This document shows positions 26,529 to 36,387 of a stretch of 64,000 bases of DNA, one piece after another (position 1 is the stretch's first letter; every line of letters starts with the position of its first letter). Under the pieces are notes generated by a model. It was not told the origin of the DNA. It did not search any database and worked only from the letters and a program-made list of their open reading frames with translations. This DNA comes from Spirochaetaceae bacterium (GTDB taxonomy: Bacteria > Spirochaetota > Spirochaetia > DSM-2461). The stretch is taken from the NCBI GenBank assembly GCA_965224705.1, contig OZ245056.1:64001-128000 (forward strand). Direction: 5' to 3'. The position numbers and the translations under genes are program-made.

Positions 26529-26620
26529 TAAGGCTTTTTCTCCATTTTGCGGCATTTCGTCCCAAAATATGGGTGCGTCCATCCATCAACGGGCAGCTCT
26601 AAACATGTTTAGAGCTGCCC
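26529..26620 (+). repeat. Repeat family B with perfect 30-bp palindrome (26591-26620)
   Basis: GGGCAGCTCTAAACATGTTTAGAGCTGCCC is self-complementary. Confidence 0.88.
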
Positions 26621-26673
26621 AATATTTGCTGGAGTATAGTATGAAACAGGCAGGTTTTTCCTCAGAATTCCTG

Positions 26674-26722
26674 GGAGCCTGTCGAACTTACGCCTCACGG
26701 CTCGATTTTTGCCCTTCTCTCC
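26674..26722 (+). mobile_element. Truncated MITE-A (one end)
   Basis: GGAGCCTGTCGAACTTACGCCTCACGGCTCGATTTTTGCCC. Confidence 0.85.
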
Positions 26723-26731
26723 CAGACTACT

Positions 26732-27820
26732 ATGATGATGCATGGCGCCTTGACTAAGACCTACAAGAAATACCTGTGTTTTGTCATGATAACACTGGCT
26801 ATCATGCTGTTCTCCAGCCACTGTCTTGGTGCTTCAAACCCGTTCATCAGTTTCGTCAATAGCACCCATCCCAAATCAGCAGATAAGGAAACTCCGGCAG
26901 AGATTGATATCCAGGCACATCGGGGAGGAAGAGACCTCTATCCCGAGAACACCTTGACTGCTTTCAGGCATGCTGCATCCTTGGGAGTGAGGACCCTTGA
27001 ACTCGATACCGCCCTCACAGCCGATGATGTGGTGGTTATCAGTCATGACCCCTACCTTAGCAATAAACTCGTCAGAGACAGCGAGGGGGAATATGTATCC
27101 GAATACCCAAAGATATTGATCAAGGATCTCAGTTACGAGGAGCTTTTGACCTATAGAGTAGGGAAGATCAACCCCTCCAGCTCCTATGCAAGGAGTCACA
27201 AGACCCAGAAGCCGGTGGAGAACGAACATATCCCAACGCTCTCAGAGCTATTCGAGGTCATGGATGAACTCAATTATCATGATATCTGTTATAATATTGA
27301 AATCAAGAGCTATCCCGAGTTCCCGCAATACACCAAAGAGGTATCAGCCCTCGTCGATAAGCTCATGGCCGTCATCAATGCATACGGCAAAGAAGCCTAC
27401 TGCAGCATCCAGTCTTTCGATTGGAGTTCTCTGCAAATCATACAGGAACACTATCCGCAGATGAAGACCGCCTGCCTTACCGCAAAAGGCTTGAGGTTTG
27501 AAGGAAGGACCTTCAACTTCAAGCTGAATGAAGCAGGGCCCTCTCCCTGGCTGGCCGGCTTTGATGCCGATGACTATCCGACATGCAGTGATATCGTCGC
27601 AGCTTTCGGAGCTGATATCGTATCTCCCTATTATAAAGACATCACGAAAAGAGATGTGGACCGGGCCCATGAGCTGGGTCTCAAGATTATCCCCTGGACG
27701 GTGAACAAGACAGATAAGATGGAAGAGCTGATCTCCTGGGGAGTGGATGGAATCATCACCGACAGACCTGATCTGTTGCTAGGAGTCTGTCGGATTTTAA
27801 GGCTTCGAGGCGATTTTTGA
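26732..27820 (+). CDS. Secreted glycerophosphodiester phosphodiesterase; last ~12 aa derive from MITE-A
   Basis: QAHRGG…PENT, LELD, SHD, NIEIK, IQSFDW, PWTVN, GVDGIITDRPD; signal-like N-terminus; exact start uncertain. Confidence 0.9.
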   Translation: MMMHGALTKTYKKYLCFVMITLAIMLFSSHCLGASNPFISFVNSTHPKSADKETPAEIDIQAHRGGRDLYPENTLTAFRHAASLGVRTLELDTALTADDVVVISHDPYLSNKLVRDSEGEYVSEYPKILIKDLSYEELLTYRVGKINPSSSYARSHKTQKPVENEHIPTLSELFEVMDELNYHDICYNIEIKSYPEFPQYTKEVSALVDKLMAVINAYGKEAYCSIQSFDWSSLQIIQEHYPQMKTACLTAKGLRFEGRTFNFKLNEAGPSPWLAGFDADDYPTCSDIVAAFGADIVSPYYKDITKRDVDRAHELGLKIIPWTVNKTDKMEELISWGVDGIITDRPDLLLGVCRILRLRGDF

Positions 27821-27908
27821 TGATTTTTTCCTGTTTGGGGCATTTTGCCCAAAAAATATGGGTGCGTCCATGCACCCACGGGCAGCTCTAAACGTTTTTA
27901 GGGCTCCC
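27782..27908 (+). mobile_element. Chimera of a truncated MITE-A end (27782-27833) and repeat B
   Basis: GGAGTCTGTCGGATTTTAAGG…TTTTTTCCTG joined to TTTGGGGCATTTTGCCCAAAAAATATGGGTGCGTCC…. Confidence 0.82.
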
Positions 27909-27975
27909 ATGTATTGTTGCATTTTCATATTCACTGGGTGTATACTGGAGCGTGGACGAACAGTAGAGGCGTGGT

Positions 27976-28698
27976 ATGATTTGCATTGGACATCGGGGAG
28001 CGGCTGGTCTAGCTCCTCAGAACACGAGATCTTCTTTTGAAAAAGCCATCGCTTTAGGCTGTGACTGCATAGAGACAGACCTGCATATCTGCAAGACAGG
28101 GGAACTCGTTCTCTGTCATGATGCAAGGATCGATTCCACTTCCAACGGCACTGGATATATAAAAGACATCACATATAATGAACTGAGGTCATTCGACTTC
28201 GGTGATGGTCAGCAGATCATGACCCTGGAAGAACTCCTGGAGCTCTGCAGGGGAAAGATAGACATCAATATTGAGATGAAGAGTGATGGAGCCGGAAAAG
28301 CCGCAGCTCTCATGCTGAATGAACAGATCGCCGCAGGGAAATGGTCTGAAGAAAACCTCCTTATCACCTCCTTCAACCATCCCGAACTCATGGACTTCCA
28401 TGCTCTTGCGCCAGACATCCCCATCGGTGCCCTGATCAAATCGATCCTCATCGATGAGGCAGCTTATGTGAAAGACCTCGAATGCACAACGCTCGTGGTA
28501 TCTTTGGAGTTCATCAACAAGCGGCTCGTTGAGGATATGCACGCAACCGGGATAAAGGTATACGTCTATACCGTCGATGACCCCAGGGATATCGAACACA
28601 TAATACGAATCGGTGTGGACGGGATCATCGGGAACTACCCTGACAGGATATTGGAGGGTATTCATCAGAATATAACGTCATCTCAAGAGGAGCTCTAA
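27976..28698 (+). CDS. Cytoplasmic glycerophosphodiester phosphodiesterase (UgpQ-like)
   Basis: IGHRGA, IETD, CHD, NIEMK, TSFNH, YTVD, GVDGII. Confidence 0.9.
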   Translation: MICIGHRGAAGLAPQNTRSSFEKAIALGCDCIETDLHICKTGELVLCHDARIDSTSNGTGYIKDITYNELRSFDFGDGQQIMTLEELLELCRGKIDINIEMKSDGAGKAAALMLNEQIAAGKWSEENLLITSFNHPELMDFHALAPDIPIGALIKSILIDEAAYVKDLECTTLVVSLEFINKRLVEDMHATGIKVYVYTVDDPRDIEHIIRIGVDGIIGNYPDRILEGIHQNITSSQEEL

Positions 28699-28736
28699 AG
28701 TTTTCTAGAGCTGCCCTATATTTATTGGAGTATATT

Positions 28737-29606
28737 ATGAAACAGGCAGGTTTTTCCTCAAAAACCCTACCCTATCTGTTATTATTACCGACCTTTGCCG
28801 TATTGATCGTTTTCCTGTTCTATCCGGCATTCGAGACCTTCAGACTGACCCTCTACAAGGTTCACCCATATTCAGGAGCAGAGAAGTTCGCAGGGCTCTA
28901 TAATCTCAAGAAGATATTCACCAACCCTGATTATATCAGCAGCTTCTGGACATCAGCGATCTTTGCGGTCGCAGTCATCAGTTTCGGACTTATCATCTCA
29001 CTGCTCCTGGCTATCTTATTGAACCAGAACGTCAAGGGATCCAGAATCTACCGGTCCCTTCTTATATGGCCTTATGCCCTCTCCCCGGCTATCGCGGGAG
29101 CACTGTTCAATTTTCTGTTCAATCCCGCGAACGGGATCGTCGGGTATTTCACCGGCATCAGGACCTGGATGACCAGCAGTTCTACGGCACTGTTAGTCAT
29201 CATCATGGCTGCCGTCTGGAAAAATCTTGGCTACAACATCGTCTTCTATCTGACAGCCCTGCGTAACATCCCGAAGGATGCCCTGGAGGCTGCAGAACTC
29301 GACGGAGCAGGTCCGGTCAGGAGATTCTTCTCGATCACCTTCGCCTTCCTCTCCCCGATGACCTTCTTCCTGCTCGTCATGAACACGACCTATTCCTACT
29401 TCAGTGCCTTCGGTCTCATCGATGTCCTGACAGAAGGTGGACCGGCAGAATCGACGAATGTCCTGATCTATCAGCTGTACAAGGACTTCTTCGTCAATTC
29501 CCGAATCGGATATGCTGCGGCTGAGAGTTTCATCCTCTTCATGATCGTCGTACTGATTACTGTCATCCAGTTCCAGACGACTGAGAAGAAAGTCTATTAC
29601 CAATAA
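28737..29606 (+). CDS. ugpA: Carbohydrate/G3P ABC permease
   Basis: LIWPYALSPAIAG, WKNLGYN, EAAELDGA, LSPMTFFL. Confidence 0.85.
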   Translation: MKQAGFSSKTLPYLLLLPTFAVLIVFLFYPAFETFRLTLYKVHPYSGAEKFAGLYNLKKIFTNPDYISSFWTSAIFAVAVISFGLIISLLLAILLNQNVKGSRIYRSLLIWPYALSPAIAGALFNFLFNPANGIVGYFTGIRTWMTSSSTALLVIIMAAVWKNLGYNIVFYLTALRNIPKDALEAAELDGAGPVRRFFSITFAFLSPMTFFLLVMNTTYSYFSAFGLIDVLTEGGPAESTNVLIYQLYKDFFVNSRIGYAAAESFILFMIVVLITVIQFQTTEKKVYYQ

Positions 29607-29618
29607 GGAGGTAGGAAT

Positions 29619-30443
29619 ATGATACGTTCAAAACGAAAGACAGCCATGCTGCATCTCCTGCTAATCCTATCAGTACTGATCGTCTGTCTCCCCGTCCTGT
29701 TGGCATTGATCATCAGCTCCCAGACCGAGACAGAGGTTCTCGCATACCCGCCAAAACTCACCTTCTCCAGCAACTGGGTCTATAACTATACGACCGCATG
29801 GCAGCGAATTGACCTGGGAAGGATGATGTTCAACTCGGCTTTCATCGCCATCATGGTCACGATCGGCAAGGTCATCATGAGTCTGCTGGCAGCCTTTGCG
29901 TTCACTCATTTCGAGTTCAAGGGGAAGCAGATACTCTTCTTCCTCGTCATCGTGACCCTGCTATTGCCCGTACCGGTCAGGATCGTCGCCCTCTTTGAGG
30001 TCGTCAGGTCATTAGACTGGATCAACACCTATTCCGGACTCATCATTCCGTTCTGGGCAAGTGCTACCGGGACCTTCCTTTTCATCCAGCGATTCAAGAC
30101 CGTTCCCTCAGAACTGGTCGATGCCTCCAAGATGGATGGGTGCAGACCGATGCAGTACTTCTCCAGGGTACTGCTCCCGCTTACCAGGAGTACGATTGGG
30201 GCCCTCGTGGTCATTGAGTTCATCTATATCTGGAACCAGTATCTGTGGCCGCTGATGGCTACCAATACTGACAACATGAGGGTCGTCCAGATTGGTATCA
30301 AGATGCTGATGAATGCAGAATCCTCCAACAATTGGGGAATCATCATGGCAGGAGTCATCATGACCATGATCCCGCCGCTGCTGGTATTCTTCATCCTGCA
30401 GGAGAGCTTCATGAAAGGTTTTGCACTACAGAGCGAGAAATAG
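29619..30443 (+). CDS. ugpE: Carbohydrate/G3P ABC permease
   Basis: LPVPVRI, ASATGTFL, FIYIWNQYLWPL. Confidence 0.85.
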   Translation: MIRSKRKTAMLHLLLILSVLIVCLPVLLALIISSQTETEVLAYPPKLTFSSNWVYNYTTAWQRIDLGRMMFNSAFIAIMVTIGKVIMSLLAAFAFTHFEFKGKQILFFLVIVTLLLPVPVRIVALFEVVRSLDWINTYSGLIIPFWASATGTFLFIQRFKTVPSELVDASKMDGCRPMQYFSRVLLPLTRSTIGALVVIEFIYIWNQYLWPLMATNTDNMRVVQIGIKMLMNAESSNNWGIIMAGVIMTMIPPLLVFFILQESFMKGFALQSEK

Positions 30444-30454
30444 GAGAACAGGTC

Positions 30455-31396
30455 ATGGAGAATAAGAAAGCAGCGGAGAGAGCCTTCGGTAAGGTCATCC
30501 TCATCGGGGACCAGTTCGTTATCCAGGGAGTCCCTGCAGTCCTTGCAGCATTACCCCTCGAGACCGTATGTACGGTAAGCTGTGATGAACAGGGAAAACC
30601 TGGATGGACACTTGACGATAAGAGGATCGAGGTTCCCGGGTATAAAGAGGCGAAGAAAGCAGACCAAATTATGGCCATGAACATCATGATCGAGGAGATG
30701 GGACTGAATGACAGATCTCTGAAGGTAACTCTTGAAGGGGACCTTCTGGCTGGAAGCGGTGTCGGTGCGAGTGCCGCGAACTGTGTATCCTTTGTCAGGG
30801 CCTGCAATACTTTGTTCGATCTGGGCTATGATAAACCTGCGGTCAACTATTTCGCATGGAGGGGTGAGTTCGGCTACCACGGTCTCCCCTCCGGCCTGGA
30901 CAACACGGTATCGACCTTCGGCGGTACGATCCTCTACGAACTGCATGACGGAAAGAAGTCTTTCGAGACCTTGAACCTGAAACAGCCTGTTGAGGTCGTC
31001 ATGGGGAACAGCGGGATCACTACCGATACCTCGAAACTCAAGGGTTTCCTCGAATCCGAGAGAGCGGAGAACCGGGAACTCTTCGACAAAAGACTTGAGA
31101 CGGTCAGGTCACAGGTCTATGCCCTCAAGGAGGCAATGGAAGCCAATGATCTGAAGCAGGTCGGTGCCATCATGTCCGCCAATCATGAGATCCTCATCGA
31201 TATGGGTTTATCACATCCAAAGCTCATCGAGCTGTGTGACCTGGCATGCTCCCTGGGAGCCTATGGGGCCAAGGTTACCGGCGGCGGCCGGGGCGGCTAC
31301 ATGGTAGCCCTCACCCCGGGCAGGGAACTTCAGGAGAAGGTCGCTTCCGCATTCGAGAATCAGGGAGTCTCCACGATTAGGGGCGTCATCCACTAA
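30455..31396 (+). CDS. GHMP kinase, mevalonate-kinase-like
   Basis: GKVILIG, GSGVGASAA, HGLPSGLDNT, GAKVTGGGRGG; SD AGGAG upstream. Confidence 0.85.
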   Translation: MENKKAAERAFGKVILIGDQFVIQGVPAVLAALPLETVCTVSCDEQGKPGWTLDDKRIEVPGYKEAKKADQIMAMNIMIEEMGLNDRSLKVTLEGDLLAGSGVGASAANCVSFVRACNTLFDLGYDKPAVNYFAWRGEFGYHGLPSGLDNTVSTFGGTILYELHDGKKSFETLNLKQPVEVVMGNSGITTDTSKLKGFLESERAENRELFDKRLETVRSQVYALKEAMEANDLKQVGAIMSANHEILIDMGLSHPKLIELCDLACSLGAYGAKVTGGGRGGYMVALTPGRELQEKVASAFENQGVSTIRGVIH

Positions 31397-31763
31397 CTCA
31401 AGGGGGGTCTCTAAAGAGTTATGAGACCATGAAGGAATTGGCGGTTTATACATTATTCATGTTTTTTTAACCGCAGAGGACGCAGAGAGCGCAGAGTGAT
31501 CAAGGTAATTATTCCCCTCACAACGATAAGTTGACAAACTCCTACTATTGAAGAAAATCCATTCGATCCCCAAAAATCAGTGTCTTTCATTCTTTGGGAT
31601 AGAATTAGATGCGATTGCCCTGGATACACCTTAAACCTGGTAGCTTGACAAATCAATAAATTCATGATACCTGTGCTTATACATTTATGGGGTTGTTCGT
31701 CTTTCCACCTTTCTCCACCCCTATACCTGTACTACAAATAAAACACCTTTAAGGAGAGTTGAA

Positions 31764-33149
31764 ATGGGAACTTTAATGATTTTGCTGCTTCTATTGTCTA
31801 TTGTGCTGATCGTTGCGGCTACTTCACTGTTTAAACTGCACCCCTTTGTGGCCCTCATCATGGCTGCCCTGCTGGTAGGCCTGGGGGCCTCGGTGCTGGG
31901 ACAGTTTGATGTGATGTCTGTGGAAACCACCCTAAGGAGCGGATTCGGTGGAATACTGGCGTACATAGGTATTGTCATCGTATTGGGAACCATAATCGGC
32001 GTTTTCCTGGAAAAATCCGGCGCCGCCATCAAAATGGCTGATACCATTCTCAAAGCTGTTGGTCCCCGGAGACCCGGCCTTGCCATGAGTATTATCGGAT
32101 GGTTTGTCTCCATTCCGGTATTCTGTGACTCCGGCTATGTTATCCTTTCTGCCCTGCGGAAATCGGTGACCCATAAAGCAAAGGTATCGGCAACCATGAT
32201 GAGTGTCGCCCTGGCCACCGGCCTGTATGCCTCACACACCCTGGTTCCACCCACCCCCGGCCCCATTGCGGCAGCGGGAAATCTGGGTCTCGAAGACAGC
32301 CTCGGCCTGGTGATCCTCTTTGGCGGAATCATTTCGGTTTTCACCATGCTGGCGGGATTTTTCTGGGCAAAATACATCGGCGGCAAGGTGAAGATCCAGG
32401 AAGACCTGGATAATGAAGCGGCCTTTGCCAAGGGTCTGGATCTGGAGGAGAAGGCCATCAAGGATCAGTATGGAAAACTGCCCACCACCTTTTTTGCCTT
32501 TGCCCCCATCCTGGTTCCCATCATACTCATCGCTCTGGGGACCATCGCTTCCTTCCCGGGGGAACTGATTGGCGCCGGCTTTATGGCAAACCTCTTCAAG
32601 TTCTTCGGTAAACCTGTGATGGCCCTTCTGGTGGGTTTCCTTTTTGCCCTTAAACTGGCCCCGAAACTGAATGAAGAAGTTTTGATGAAGTGGATCGGCG
32701 AAGGTATCAAGGTGGCTGGTCCCATCATCCTCATCACCGGTGCTGGCGGAGCCTTCGGTGCCATCATTAAGGCAACCCCGGTGGCAGCCTACCTCGGAGA
32801 CTCCATGAGCACCTGGGGACTGGGAATTCTCGTCCCCTTCTTCATCGCAGCGGCGCTGAAAACAGCTCAGGGCTCTTCCACCACGGCTCTGGTCACCACC
32901 TCTGCCCTGATGGCCCCCCTGCTGGGTTCCCTGGGTCTTGATTCCACCATCGGAGCCGTTCTTACAGTGATGAGCATCGGTGCCGGAGCCATGACCGTTT
33001 CCCATGCCAACGACTCCTACTTCTGGGTGGTGGCGGAGTTCACCGGAATGGATGTGAAAACAGCCTATAAATCACAAACCCTGGCAACTCTGATTCAGGG
33101 TGTTGTGACAATCATCATCGTTTTGATCCTTTCCATCATTTTGCTCTAA
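31764..33149 (+). CDS. GntP-family permease (gluconate/glycerate:H+ symporter)
   Basis: KLHPFVAL, PVFCDSG, VPPTPGP, KTAQGSST, SHANDSYFW. Confidence 0.92.
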   Translation: MGTLMILLLLLSIVLIVAATSLFKLHPFVALIMAALLVGLGASVLGQFDVMSVETTLRSGFGGILAYIGIVIVLGTIIGVFLEKSGAAIKMADTILKAVGPRRPGLAMSIIGWFVSIPVFCDSGYVILSALRKSVTHKAKVSATMMSVALATGLYASHTLVPPTPGPIAAAGNLGLEDSLGLVILFGGIISVFTMLAGFFWAKYIGGKVKIQEDLDNEAAFAKGLDLEEKAIKDQYGKLPTTFFAFAPILVPIILIALGTIASFPGELIGAGFMANLFKFFGKPVMALLVGFLFALKLAPKLNEEVLMKWIGEGIKVAGPIILITGAGGAFGAIIKATPVAAYLGDSMSTWGLGILVPFFIAAALKTAQGSSTTALVTTSALMAPLLGSLGLDSTIGAVLTVMSIGAGAMTVSHANDSYFWVVAEFTGMDVKTAYKSQTLATLIQGVVTIIIVLILSIILL

Positions 33150-33371
33150 ACCCATATGACACCACGGGGACTGTACCAGCAGCACTTCGACAGCCGAATA
33201 GACAATGGCTCTTGCAATTGCTGCTTGAAGTCCCCGCCATTTTTAACATAGGGCTTGCCATGGTACGGCATGGGAATAACCTGTGAACAGGAGCTGCTGA
33301 TGTTCATCGTGCGGACGGGGAATCCCCAGGCTACCCCAAAGCCCTGAACATGTATTATCATAGAGCATCCG

Positions 33372-34769
33372 ATGAAGCTCCTGTATCGAATTTCCATTGT
33401 CATATTCTGCATCGTATTCGTTACAGCCCTCATTCTGTCCAGCTATTCATTCCAGGTTCAGAGAACACTGATCAACAATCAATTGGTCAAAAAGGGACAG
33501 GTGCTTGCGGGCGTCCTGTCCGAGTCGGTACTGAATCATCTGATAAGCTATGATTTCTATGCCATACAGCTCCTGTTTGATCCGCTGAAGCAGGATGACG
33601 ACATAATGTCGGTCGCATTGATCGGATCGGATAATTACATCAAAATGCATTCCGATTTAACCAGAATAGGGACAATAAACAGTTTTCATCTCGATGATCA
33701 TGATTTTGTCGAAGGCAATGTCATCGTCAGGGAAATGCCCGGCCACATCCTCACCCGCTATCAGTTTTTCAGCCCCGTTGGAATCGATCATAACCGTGAG
33801 GGATTCATTCAGATCGGCATGTCCGATCGGGGATCCCTGCGGCTTATCGAAACCTTTGGGATGAAAATGCTGTATCTTACAGTTTCCGTGCTTGCGGCGG
33901 CCGTCATCGCTGGCTATCTCATGAGTCGGCAGATTACCAACCCCATTATAGAATTGAGCAAGAAAATTACATACTTCATGCTGAAGAGACCGGATTATCA
34001 TTCTGGTAATGACACTAAAAACGAAATAGCGATGCTAACCCGTAATTTCAAAACCCTGATGTCTGAATTGGAACAAGCCATTGAATTCAGAGTGAAGAAT
34101 GAAAAAATGGCAATCCTGGGGAGCCTGTCCTCCGTTCTGGCTCATGAGGTGAAAAATCCTCTGGAACCGATCAAGGGTTCTGCGGAAGTCCTTAAACTCA
34201 AGTATTCCGACAATGATGAGATCATGAAATATGCCGGGATAATCCAGACAGAGGTTTCTGAATTAACGTCTTTTCTGGACAGCTTTCTCGACGTTGCCAA
34301 AACCAGCCAGATCAGCATGACGGTTCTTGATCTCAATAAGACCCTTCGCGAGGTTCTCACACTTCTGGAATACTCTTTGAGTAAGGAAAACATAGCTGCG
34401 GATGTCCGGCTGGATGATTCAATCCCTCTAATTACAGGAAACAGGGGAATGCTCAAGCAAGTGTTTCTCAATCTTTTGATCAATGCCCAGCAGGCGAAAT
34501 CCGGAACTTACGGCAGGATAGAGGTTGTATCCTTTCTGGAAGGAGAATCAATCTGCTTGAAAATAAAGGACTATGGCACTGGTATTAAAAAGTCTGTCAA
34601 AGAACAGGTTTTTCAGCCCTTCTTCACGACGAAAAAGGATGGATCGGGAATTGGCCTGAGCATTTCCAGATATCTGATAGAGCTGCACAGCGGAACCATC
34701 GCTCTTGAAAGCGATTGCGGCGGCTGGACGGAAGCGGTGATTACGCTTCCAATCGAGAAAGGAGGATGA
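33372..34769 (+). CDS. Membrane sensor histidine kinase (NtrB-like)
   Basis: 2 TM, HAMP, LAHEVKNPL, NLLINA, FFTTK..GSGIGL. Confidence 0.92.
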   Translation: MKLLYRISIVIFCIVFVTALILSSYSFQVQRTLINNQLVKKGQVLAGVLSESVLNHLISYDFYAIQLLFDPLKQDDDIMSVALIGSDNYIKMHSDLTRIGTINSFHLDDHDFVEGNVIVREMPGHILTRYQFFSPVGIDHNREGFIQIGMSDRGSLRLIETFGMKMLYLTVSVLAAAVIAGYLMSRQITNPIIELSKKITYFMLKRPDYHSGNDTKNEIAMLTRNFKTLMSELEQAIEFRVKNEKMAILGSLSSVLAHEVKNPLEPIKGSAEVLKLKYSDNDEIMKYAGIIQTEVSELTSFLDSFLDVAKTSQISMTVLDLNKTLREVLTLLEYSLSKENIAADVRLDDSIPLITGNRGMLKQVFLNLLINAQQAKSGTYGRIEVVSFLEGESICLKIKDYGTGIKKSVKEQVFQPFFTTKKDGSGIGLSISRYLIELHSGTIALESDCGGWTEAVITLPIEKGG

Positions 34770-34772
34770 GCA

Positions 34773-36107
34773 GTGGCCAGCCATAAGATCTTAATAGTGG
34801 ATGACAAGATCAGGATAGGTGAAGTGCTGCGCGATATTCTGAGAGCCGAAGACTACGATGCGGTAATCGCCGATTCGGGAGAACGCGGTCTTGAGATTTT
34901 CCGGGCGGAGAATCCTGATTTCATTCTGACGGACTTGATTATGAAGAAGCTTTCGGGCGTCGATTTTATAAGGGAAGTGCGTAAAACCGATACAGTCGTC
35001 CCCATTATAATTCTCACGGCCTTTGGTACCATCTCCTCCGCGGTGGATGCCATGAAGGCCGGTGCGGATGATTACTTGACCAAGCCGCTGAACTACGATC
35101 TGCTCAAACTTAAGATCAGGAAAATTCTGGATGAGAAATCCATCGAAAAGGAAAACATTGTCCTTAAGGGGAACCTGAAGGAGAAATGGGGACTCAACAA
35201 CATCATCGGGCAATCTCCCGTTATGGAAAAAATGTTCAACCTGATCCGGTCTGTCGCTCCCACCGATTCATCCGTCTTAATCCAGGGAGAGAGCGGTACG
35301 GGCAAAGAACTGATCGCCAGGAGCCTTCATTCCTGCAGTCAGAGAGTCGGCTATCCATTTGTTGTTGTCGATTGTTCGGCAATTCCCGAAAGTTTGATGG
35401 AAAGCGAACTCTTCGGTTATGAGAAAGGAGCTTTTACGGGAGCGGCGGCGAGAAAAAAAGGAAGGATTGAAGAGGCCCAAGCCGGTACCCTGTTTCTGGA
35501 TGAGATCGGGGATATTCCTCTCACCTGCCAGGCCAAACTTTTAAGAGTCATCCAGGAACACCAATTCATCCGAATCGGGGGAAACAGCCAGATTCATGTG
35601 GATTTCCGACTCATCGCCGCAACAAACAAGAACCTCAAAAAAGAAGTGGACAGGGGCCGATTCCGGTCGGATTTATTTTACAGACTCAATGTCATCAGCA
35701 TTGAATCTCCTCCGTTAAAAGCCAGGAAAGAAGACATTCCGCTTCTGGCGGATTCCTTCCTCCTCAGTATCTGTCAGGAAAATAACCTGCCCCCCAAGAC
35801 CATAAGCAAAGACATCCTTTCGGCGCTGATGAACTACAACTGGCCCGGCAATGTAAGAGAGCTGCGGAACAGTATTCACAGGTTCGCCATCCTCGATACG
35901 CTTCCTGCTGAAATAACAGATGCCGCCGACAACCGCGCCGGAAACCCTTCATCGGAGGCGGGAACTCTGTTTGAAAGGGAGAAAAGGCTGGTGGAGAGCA
36001 CACTGAATCAATCGGAAGGGAATATCAGCAAGACCGCAGAAATTCTTGGAATCGGCCGCAAAGCTCTGTACAACCGGATTAAAAAATACGGCATCACTGT
36101 TCCATAA
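34773..36107 (+). CDS. Sigma54-dependent response regulator (NtrC family)
   Basis: REC, GESGTGKE, GAFTGA, WPGNVREL, Fis HTH. Confidence 0.94.
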   Translation: MASHKILIVDDKIRIGEVLRDILRAEDYDAVIADSGERGLEIFRAENPDFILTDLIMKKLSGVDFIREVRKTDTVVPIIILTAFGTISSAVDAMKAGADDYLTKPLNYDLLKLKIRKILDEKSIEKENIVLKGNLKEKWGLNNIIGQSPVMEKMFNLIRSVAPTDSSVLIQGESGTGKELIARSLHSCSQRVGYPFVVVDCSAIPESLMESELFGYEKGAFTGAAARKKGRIEEAQAGTLFLDEIGDIPLTCQAKLLRVIQEHQFIRIGGNSQIHVDFRLIAATNKNLKKEVDRGRFRSDLFYRLNVISIESPPLKARKEDIPLLADSFLLSICQENNLPPKTISKDILSALMNYNWPGNVRELRNSIHRFAILDTLPAEITDAADNRAGNPSSEAGTLFEREKRLVESTLNQSEGNISKTAEILGIGRKALYNRIKKYGITVP

Positions 36108-36330
36108 GGAACAATCCGTGCAAGACGACTGTGCCAAAAGGAACAATTCTTGCCCCGGTTCCTGCACCCCCTCCCTCTGAAAAAGGTCTCTGAAAAATCC
36201 ATCACTGAATCATTCAGAGGTGAAAATCCCTGAGCAAATCCGGTTTTTCTCCATTCTGGGGACATTTCACCAAAAAAATGCGGACGCATTCATGCGCCTG
36301 GGCCGCCCATCAGGGAGCAAATATTTTTCC

Positions 36331-36346
36331 TGGCATACTTTTTGCA
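36331..36346 (+). promoter_or_regulatory. Sigma54 -24/-12 promoter of the TTT operon
   Basis: TGGCATACTTTTTGCA = GG-N10-GC, directly downstream of the bEBP gene. Confidence 0.8.
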
Positions 36347-36387
36347 TGTATAAAAGCAACTTATATAAAAAGGAGATGTCCAAAGAC

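Noticed and set aside
26674..27833. Composite transposon of two MITE-A ends around the phosphodiesterase
   Set aside because: Both fragments point the same way, so they do not form an outward-bounded pair
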